A DNA stretch of 30,294 nt, from IMG/VR virus record IMGVR_UViG_3300032290_000368, positions 1 through 30,294 of that record. The stretch is one strand, 5' to 3'. The notes under the pieces are model-generated. The model saw only the letters and a program-made list of their open reading frames with translations, had not been told where the DNA came from and searched no databases. This document shows positions 27,301-30,294 of the stretch, piece after piece. A program made the position numbers and the translations under genes. The stretch comes from a virus (lineage: Duplodnaviria; Caudoviricetes). Positions within the stretch are counted from its first letter, which is position 1; each line of letters begins with the position of its first letter.

Positions 27301-27671
27301 TTGCGAGTGGAGATTACAGCGTCTCAGATGTGCCTTTGGCGCGCAGTTTCGTGGGACAGGCGGGAACAGACAACGCCGCAATCAACGAACTGTACTACGA
27401 AGAGGAGGCGAAGTCGTTGCCTACGATGCGCCGCGCGAAGGCCGCTGCCGACAAGTCTTTGAGTTTGGAGCAACGCACTGAAGCAGCGGCTGGCATTGAT
27501 CCAACGGAACTGCGTGTTGGTATCTCACTGAAAGAGACTGAGAAAGCGTTAAAAAAACTGCGAGAGCAGATGAAGGGTGCCACGCCAGAACAGCGCGCTG
27601 CGATTATGAAGGTGCGTCAATCCGTAATGAAGGGCGCATTGCGCACAAGAGGGTTGACCCCCAATCAATAG
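15336..27671 (+). CDS. Giant (~4111 aa) polyvalent internal virion protein with HExxH peptidases, two ART-PolyVal-like domains and C-terminal LPD38
   Basis: Uninterrupted 12.3-kb ORF; ATG 15336 avoids overlap with the upstream gene. Motifs: HELRH (17727), HDVFGH (19344), YHGT (19761), HELWH (20547), WHGT (24432). LPD38-like IKIPLPYGF...P..EI.TN..F.G.PV lies at ~26800-27070. Confidence 0.85.
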   Translation: MNNDLTFAQQWQAIRNKIDADIQAEGITDLGQVEARVSKNYDSFRDFISNRKKQEALATAYKAGLTPQVVVEGEGGEAKFASYDDKVNDWAELYANQYMAGKKPIDWNTYSTNDRSALIVGTEDAIGRFTHSTEGFLGALGGSFAAMQADLMSRGVFSAQGIPALPPEYAEEITNRAFEQGKEITQSAAGEFARTMIPGLSSVAGEDPNAPELKSERIGSAGSPTASAIGQTIGEAAGGAAQSIPLLMIKDPILRAGATLPYFVMGKYQHQNELYKNEMTARETARRLGIPYEPIPYSQRQLAGTVQGLAEYGSEYIGDSLQIGVLKFDKWLLRGLGAKKFGPLAKELGQSMDRHLGPMGLLKTAGKIAFAGATEAGEEAFSESAKGVNIATPAGFEYEYLSEDVADAALTGGLSGAFLGAGTTGLGGIQKAFDDRAIRRQLEEGGAQADMTQSLVERGQQQAVGTFEKRQVISGSKSRNQDLINFNRNIPVVRGQTMARHQIEELSAGNRLAMFVDPVNQKETITPKLKKEMADAGIVKVGTHQGRAVYAHAAFAADVMQVVAQRNSAAINGYNDLNTDQIMAGAVVLRNDAGHIVHVYPYSDPAEMSKRIPSIVADADARGLTVEDVETGKIGTITDQIQRQVDADAALMRMLPEEQRPLSTQDVTKGISTLRTDIAKSIKGGMADPNAKFVYAKTKKPVRNGSVKLRGITLSRVADQSLSDGERKVLETSTGRAVVLDGTAEYEITNDDGTVEVVQGAIPMDGAFVNQSTPDGVFLVRENGNALTSRSAFVVAWHELRHMIHAKSRAGAAHMARLLSIDPVFAARGGAEYMRNRYQELNGLSDLELIKKLQGLSNAARTTLSSPTATQQQRAEATRDIARFRQFSEESVTTTANQGMGMMTELAAEHEAIYQLRSERSMRAYSAWLANTLVKRGWAGPHARQALYELGQRVRGVRSEEFELHEKFREQTERAAKEAMQQGESRAEAAKGAASAAPAIGAVGASGIGSGIAEAAASLAGEDDEEQQAQPPSDLQTSALQTITDPRLAAIAQMMMAQIAPPSRGISGGPRAQQRERQLRQAEQQAPEVVADEPPSKIDLPLLASIPKPTQVDLRQRTLRNEAQAARVIEGMDSTEELDIGSISRAQRARRYESPSEESLFSVRDRPGRQQANQSVRDLRNRYMQDRGITPEIDITDTYAEVDENFAKRVADWYDSAEVDYADPEMLRAYEAFGKETLDQYKYLRDAGVQMIPWAGTESVQPYANSAQMTRDLRENNRLFYFKTVNPEEAASFGSNPEKFAEQLARNPLLADSGITVLDSEGQPYRQTYNDLFRAVHDVFGHAAEGFQFGPRGEENAYRSHAVMFSPLARGAMATETRSQNSWVNFGPNRRNPDGTVWGEEDPRFQPWKEALNRGEGYADQKPVLTPPEFLGLYEAPQQARASLRPITREEMTPAMRVWSDGSKIVDKNGALIPVYHGTSKDTDFKKFRIGKRGAWFTTNPQEASQYAMANDSMGWKSDPTETDPWASRQTNTASRVIPAVLNLKNPANYYRNVSTEDKKALETSENYGREQGRVFDKLRRQGFDGVDMGNGVYVAFEPNQIKGYYNANPTADERIMYSVRDQKPVVTPVELQSLYSMREGYPFRGKRLARGNQAMINRLNQQVSRGKMSQEDASFGIELIQRVNQNVPLVLQLFGPAEMRREGRPKEVGAMFDAVNERIIVGTKAIKDGDFQEAFTHELWHSLSRFLPQSLLKPIARDYKKAYLAFRKEYNLDPHDFNNVRIADRQTGKTYRDIFLEETEKRNISDLLWYRLIDIDEWLVVNAAEATQDRMSREKEARDKSGPARVYAAVALLIRDMLNSVKSVFGYGVYENLAKNFLRGTTLGMASEPDKEWDSVSGQLYDLLASEEDAQAIRNEQRIAQQQEMAQEPALSSRYESLFDIRKTKETQSDKARAKVRKTKQKQPELTPVQRVVSNETAIGFAPSTSIALGIRSDRSGRQISPEYAQRRIIDIFTSPNVQKKISTSLQSLGVGGIESIEIANGIWQGTPEISARIKLQTKSFDTQHRVANILAAAMMQDAVLSIGLPDESNKAFHKAVLVFNLAEKSSQEIADFTKVLNNGFKVGTVVSRTKVAYVARPDGMSEEDFSKIGSKIASENSVAVDISNAAVQFGDTGVSDESRPKVRSTASSRSHGFTIAGQRLSDQERNSWLDIASTFAHAAEVEGYEIDYNKWLSAFVADPDERSALQTELVERIVAIDGAAGNYGLSSWYLTKFKGDVKGLIVGPKALVGQDTKDKADEFAVIDKLIAKHPDAFKTLDGYQRFMVEMLQSRTIPIAPESHFKRIADNHAGDKQRFRLISPSDRSAGQSGITRGQLDDAIHGMENAEALRKLYSQGVMKPKHTVLLYLWGFLSRGVSPNVQESLLLDMVNFKYEAPSIDVYKYDVVTTEKKDGKETKREEKTELRFKKPQTPLGAIRFKRSKNQTVSKKLQTTVQTIALSKPLSLDFFIDAAIEGKWSDETDTLWSAFVSLMMDKNAFPAYDIDGEPIVEFGEPTQINGSFGAGAVHNANAFGDNFLRNIATIETINGQTKSGLAHIHDEMSKDTATGDSLRRVFAQIPSALGIDNKVVSFNGLVSGLFGIVADRVFMRLAYNANNELRGNIYDGFTLGWNVFINGKLSEFRFNPELPQDTPPDSQVAPFDSLDEIVKVLDVALGTKPARNFNDTTWDRKSTVESLLKEAAKKKITVPSVQFEAVTHKGIGKLWDGTRGIAIYKAFEESIDLQEAFSELIKQEPKFAPHAHMGMYHWLGWVEDSGQEASHQTVEAIMRMATTGNDRIDSVYAKAGKYNSFQYGFEYGYEVVGTSKSGEQILEPRYKITLPDGKTRQFSTKDFKAFQLALKKPANGVVPKNFMISEQKGPWFNSPQLSETNKANLYRLADEMQTQFSVRAGWDQRQSLMRNMRITSVDPERMSRVAMELPFETIGVPSERLPASLEKIKQAFVDRPVPTPVSPEFIEWNRGNKLVGMVPNNIFWHGTGAQFSRYDERPYELGWHVGSIQQITPFVLQNWANKKSAYAMPLYVTAKNPLRLPDRGSWDMRTIVSSMVKEEILTQEDAVQLMQRMTRDVGGELQGSTPLKSFSGRSVSQVSALQRQFTTEWLNSLGYDAIVYDNKFEGAGPDGTNDSVVIWNYGQVKSLSAKQFDPTVPDALFSMRTERGSMFHDANPYAVDAQFSMRRGSLGAKDEFVQQIVDQYDEVLRLQRTIETRTGTALPDASNPYLGMRVLSGRLGSMQQVAERRYATILHDMARHRITLDMMDDFLTAQHALNGGNQYIENLTAGRVLDGTGMSNSDANDVILRAQASGRYAQMNRIAEDWREMLRDALRQRRDSGLITPQLYNTLTTRYTHYVPLQGIANRPEDEVFEQFDEAMRGTGQGQSTTGRGIRRRLGRRSRAMGVTSQVGFMHEETFRRVARNDIGNRFARFVTALNDPNDAEIVRPTARYVAADGSYQYRPDPSWMQDPRMFGLYVDRRMTVGGHTYQQGDLMVIRLTNPRLATAMKQPKTDIGLVGRGLRHLNDAFRFFTTGMGNPQFAPVNAGRDILTSSLMNYTNRGAIDTVQMLARYPFAFARVFKDSWRGRPTGTYAAMQQAGGDMMAWRPNDLELKRIDFDRLAADAQRRDPNSTSVARRLLGWYPAFFSAAETASRLAQFEQRVATGSTKEQAALAAREITVDFAKGGVQKTLLNTLYMFLNAGIQGNANIINSMRRNPRRGAVVASSLVGIGVINAVMARMMAGDDEESGLNRWDMIRNHEKASNLFFFDPRGTGKHIKIPLPYGFNAMVTTGTRIADSVFGPKTGSEAAVDIFTDFLNAFNPVGGSGITSGSATAFNAFVPTAFRPFAEIATNTTFSGAPVYRDSFGKDVVDSATYFDGTPQAYIALAEGLNQFTGGDQYESGSVLGFDTDLSPNVLQYLVGYYFSGTGRLVNQTLKVASGDYSVSDVPLARSFVGQAGTDNAAINELYYEEEAKSLPTMRRAKAAADKSLSLEQRTEAAAGIDPTELRVGISLKETEKALKKLREQMKGATPEQRAAIMKVRQSVMKGALRTRGLTPNQ

Positions 27672-27681
27672 TCGCTATACT
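27654..27681 (+). promoter_or_regulatory. Candidate sigma70 promoter
   Basis: TTGACC (27654-27659), 16-nt spacer, TATACT (27676-27681). Each hexamer matches consensus at 5 of 6 positions. Confidence 0.45.
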
Positions 27682-27705
27682 CCGTCCATCTTTTCCCCAA
27701 GCGTG

Positions 27706-27740
27706 AACGCCACCTAGCCGATCGGGTGGCGTTTGCGTTT
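27706..27740 (+). terminator. Hairpin / possible intrinsic terminator after the virion operon
   Basis: AACGCCACC...GGTGGCGTT 9-bp stem followed by TGCGTTT. Confidence 0.5.
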
Positions 27741-27787
27741 CAAGGGAAACCGTTCCGCAGCACCCAGAATCAATGCTTAGGGAACAC

Positions 27788-27815
27788 AACAAGCCCACCT
27801 TTCGGTGGGCTTGTT
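27788..27815. terminator. Probable bidirectional intrinsic terminator between converging operons
   Basis: AACAAGCCCACC-TTTC-GGTGGGCTTGTT, a perfect 12-bp stem with a GAAA loop on the - strand. It abuts the stop of the last - strand gene. Confidence 0.7.
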
Positions 27816-27816
27816 C

Positions 27817-28038
27817 TTAGATGCGAAATCTTCGGTCTCGTTCCTCAAGCAGTTGATCTGCAATTACGGCGATCTCTGCGATGGTTTTAGGCTTCGCTGC
27901 ATCCCTTGTAGTTCCTGGATGCATCGACATTCCAAGCGCACTGGCTGCATAGACATCCCATGCTACCGCGCGCATTGTTGCGCGTTGAATTTTGTCTTCC
28001 ATTGTGAGGTACGAATTCAGAGGATCGAAACTAGACAT
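27817..28038 (-). CDS. Conserved hypothetical phage protein (73 aa)
   Basis: D.YAA.AL.......IA..AD.LL.ER pattern of small phage early proteins. Overlaps the upstream gene by 8 nt. Confidence 0.65.
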   Translation of the reverse strand: MSSFDPLNSYLTMEDKIQRATMRAVAWDVYAASALGMSMHPGTTRDAAKPKTIAEIAVIADQLLEERDRRFRI

Positions 28039-28489
28039 TGTCCAATGCTTTCAGTTGTTGCCATGCCGCCTTGTGGTCGTCTCGACACCGCGTCGAGAAC
28101 TCAATGATCCTGCGCAGCATGTAATCTTCGTTGCTTGCCTCGTCTGCGACGATCACAATTTGGTTTTCCGGCCAGTCTTTGATGTACACGGGCCGTCGAA
28201 TTGTGAGCGCCTGTATCTCAGCGTCGTCCTTCCACCAACCATTATCGGTCAGGCCGTCTAAGGCGCTTTTAAGGCTTGCCATGACATTGTCGATGTCACG
28301 GCGGTGTCGGGTGGTCACGATCGGAAGAACGCCGCAGACGGGATTCTGGATGGGTTTCCTGCCATGCTGTCCGGCCAACACTCCCGTCGATGTTCTGTAT
28401 GCCCGTACTGCACGGGCCTTGAGCATGTGGTGAACCCTCGCGTTTGGGTTCAGCAAACGCGAGGGCCACGGCAATGCAATCACCCTCAT
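28031..28489 (-). CDS. rusA: RusA-family Holliday junction resolvase
   Basis: LPWP...NPN start and the RRDIDN....KSALDGL...G.W.DD catalytic Asp/Lys pattern. ATGA coupling. Confidence 0.8.
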   Translation of the reverse strand: MRVIALPWPSRLLNPNARVHHMLKARAVRAYRTSTGVLAGQHGRKPIQNPVCGVLPIVTTRHRRDIDNVMASLKSALDGLTDNGWWKDDAEIQALTIRRPVYIKDWPENQIVIVADEASNEDYMLRRIIEFSTRCRDDHKAAWQQLKALDNV

Positions 28490-29034
28490 CGTGCAGCCTT
28501 TCGATGGGCAGCGATGAACGCGCGATTGCGTTCGGCAACATCATCACACTCGTCTGGTTGGCTCAGTCGAGGCAAGCCAGCCCCTCCAAAGGCTGGCGCT
28601 GCCTCGCGCGCGCGGGTCGTAGAACCCACACTAGATGTTCTTTTATGGTTGTGGTTGTGGCTTGCCATCGAAGAGCCATTGGCTGAGCCATTGGCTGAGC
28701 CATGCCATTTCGCTGCTGCTCCACGCCTTCCAGACTCCGCGCGTTCCTCTGCAAACCGTTGTCGTTTCAGCCTTTCCATCTCAAGTCTCGTCTGTGACAG
28801 ACCATTGGTGCCGTCGTCTCTCTGACATGGAGAGAACCTATTTGCGATGGCCCTCCAAACCTGCAATCGACAGCCTGCAATTCTGCAAATGACTTTGTCG
28901 TCAATCGGTATGGGACCGCGCGTCCAACAATGACACAAGAGACGCATGTACGCTCCAAACTCTTCGACACTCATGTCCGCAGTACTGCTGATCAGGTCGT
29001 CGCAGTACAGGGGCATCCACGGTGTTCGTGCCAT
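28486..29034 (-). CDS. DUF1376/YdaU-family replication initiator-like protein
   Basis: PWMPLY..D....T..MS.EE.GAY.RLL...W..G.IP.D.....IAG and ..AESGRRG...KW motifs. SD GGAGGA. Confidence 0.85.
   Translation of the reverse strand: MARTPWMPLYCDDLISSTADMSVEEFGAYMRLLCHCWTRGPIPIDDKVICRIAGCRLQVWRAIANRFSPCQRDDGTNGLSQTRLEMERLKRQRFAEERAESGRRGAAAKWHGSANGSANGSSMASHNHNHKRTSSVGSTTRAREAAPAFGGAGLPRLSQPDECDDVAERNRAFIAAHRKAAR
28673..28708. repeat. Tandem 12-bp palindromic repeats within the initiator gene (iteron-like)
   Basis: GAGCCATTGGCT twice, then GAGCCATGCCAT. The core AGCCA-T-TGGCT has dyad symmetry. Confidence 0.7.
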
Positions 29035-29314
29035 AAATCCTCCAATTGTTCAATCGTCCATCGACAAGCCGTAGCCACGCATACCGATCGTGCCACGGCA
29101 TCGAATCCCATTGTTTCTTGTATTGCAACACGGTGATGTGGCTGATGTTCAGCACAGGCGCTAGTTCGTTCGCGCTGTAGGCTGAACACATCTCGTAAAT
29201 GCACCCCACCACTATTGCGCCTTTCTGTTGGCGCATCTTGATGATCGCGCCACGCTTCGGCGCAGGCAACAGCGAGTGTACGGCCTGCAACACCTTCTCT
29301 GGGGTGCGGCTCAC
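28901..29314 (-). CDS. HTH DNA-binding protein (DnaA C-terminal-like helix-turn-helix)
   Basis: YSANELAPVLNISHITVLQY resembles S..EIG..L.R.HTTV. GTGA coupling with the upstream gene. The 3' end overlaps the DUF1376 gene by 134 nt. Confidence 0.55.
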   Translation of the reverse strand: MSRTPEKVLQAVHSLLPAPKRGAIIKMRQQKGAIVVGCIYEMCSAYSANELAPVLNISHITVLQYKKQWDSMPWHDRYAWLRLVDGRLNNWRIYGTNTVDAPVLRRPDQQYCGHECRRVWSVHASLVSLLDARSHTD

Positions 29315-29721
29315 GGCACAATCCGCCGCGACAAAATGTCCTTTGCGAAGTCTGACGAATACGGCTCGTCTTTGTTCTCTGCAATCTGCGTCAGAGCATT
29401 TCGCAGCCGTTCGATCTCGTTCTCTGCTTGCGCGACGAGATCCAGTTTGTCGCCAATCTCAGACCGTGGCGGAACACGGCGAAGGATCAATGGCGTGACC
29501 TCACCGATCCATGCCGTTTCGATGTTGGTCTCGCACCACTCTTCTGCTTCCTCATCCGACATTCCCTGCCGGATGAATTCCTTGATTAGTTTCTGTCTGT
29601 CGTACACGACAGTCGGCTCCATGCCTTGTCGATACGCGACCCCAATGATCGCCCTATCGCAGTGATGCCATAGGCCCACTGCTCCAAAGTTTTGACTCAA
29701 CCATTGTCGTTTGTGGTTCAT
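29311..29721 (-). CDS. Conserved hypothetical phage protein (136 aa)
   Basis: ATG 29721 with SD GGAGG. D.AIIGV.......VVYD..K.I......GMS.EEA.EW...NI..AW.GE.TP is a motif I recall as common in aquatic phages. Confidence 0.75.
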   Translation of the reverse strand: MNHKRQWLSQNFGAVGLWHHCDRAIIGVAYRQGMEPTVVYDRQKLIKEFIRQGMSDEEAEEWCETNIETAWIGEVTPLILRRVPPRSEIGDKLDLVAQAENEIERLRNALTQIAENKDEPYSSDFAKDILSRRIVP

Positions 29722-29816
29722 TTTTCCTCCAGCGCGTGCAGTTTCGCGAGTGCGTAGCCGAATGCTCCGCAACTAATTCCAAAACCAATTGCTGCAAGTA
29801 GTGCCATGCCAGTCAT
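29718..29816 (-). CDS. 32-aa single-TM microprotein (MTGMALLAAIGFGISCGAFGYALAKLHALEEK)
   Basis: ATGA overlaps at both ends and one hydrophobic helix. Confidence 0.55.
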   Translation of the reverse strand: MTGMALLAAIGFGISCGAFGYALAKLHALEEK

Positions 29817-29965
29817 TCGGTATTCGCCTTTCTGAATGCGTCGTCGTCGTCGATGTCCTGTGGTGCAGTACCACGGATCGACCTTGGTTTGCATGTCCAA
29901 CAATGATCTCTGTCGCTATTGGCCTCAAAAATTTCTCCGCACCTATTGCAGACTTGGATGTTCAT
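29813..29965 (-). CDS. 50-aa zinc-ribbon protein
   Basis: ATG 29965 with SD GGAGGG, CNRC...CWTC motif, ATGA coupling. Confidence 0.65.
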   Translation of the reverse strand: MNIQVCNRCGEIFEANSDRDHCWTCKPRSIRGTAPQDIDDDDAFRKANTE

Positions 29966-30294
29966 TTTCCCTCCAAAATGGCTTTGATTTCGGATCTTGA
30001 TGCCGTCGTGATTGCTGCGAGGCACCGATCGATTCTCGCCTGCAATTGTGCGCGAGTCGGTCGCGTGCTTTCGATGGGGACTGGGTTTGTTGCGCGTCTC
30101 CAAACGATCGCGCGCCGCCCTGCGCTTGTCAGACGCTTCTCGCCTGAGTCAACGATCAAGCCCTTGCGCATCAGCCAGTTGATCGTCGCACTCGCTGATT
30201 GATGCGACCACCCACTTTCCATGATCTCGTCACAGGTAGAGGGTCTCTCAGAGATGCGCATGAGCATTGCCATGCGCAGATCAGAGAGTTCAGC
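29962..30294 (-). CDS. Winged-helix DNA-binding protein (5' partial)
   Basis: T.DEI......HQSASA....L...GLIVDSG..R.T..GRRA.VW motif. Frame is open to the window end. Confidence 0.7.
   Translation of the reverse strand, partial: AELSDLRMAMLMRISERPSTCDEIMESGWSHQSASATINWLMRKGLIVDSGEKRLTSAGRRAIVWRRATNPVPIESTRPTRAQLQARIDRCLAAITTASRSEIKAILEGK

Noticed and set aside
27672-27816. tRNA or attachment site in the intergenic gap
   Set aside because: No cloverleaf or T-loop consensus, and no integrase in the window.
27774-27820. 15-codon [18 protein letters not shown] in the intergenic gap
   Set aside because: No SD, and it runs through the terminator hairpin.

Overview
This window is a ~30 kb piece of a tailed dsDNA phage genome, probably a short-tailed (podovirus-like, P22-style gene order) phage. 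The + strand (1-27671) is one tightly coupled virion operon: two paralogous lectin-like proteins, three microproteins, portal, scaffold, major capsid, capsid decoration, an adaptor-fibre fusion, a holin/spanin-like cluster with no endolysin, an Mtd_N tail fibre, a nozzle, three ejection-type proteins and a ~4111-aa polyvalent protein. The - strand (27817-30294) is a converging replication/recombination operon with RusA, a DUF1376/YdaU initiator carrying palindromic iterons, and HTH proteins. The main finding is in the giant protein. Its predicted cargo modules (an HDxxGH domain, two ADP-ribosyltransferases, an HExxH peptidase, a SAM-lyase-like plus HhH-glycosylase-like region, and the LPD38 C-terminus) are each delimited by a recurring [FY]-S-[VM]-R-type peptide that is conserved at protein but not DNA level. 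This suggests an injected, self-processing anti-host polyprotein. Other observations are a candidate sigma70-driven sRNA between the converging operons and apparent avoidance of AGCT and CCWGG. All family calls come from motif recognition by eye; no searches were run.
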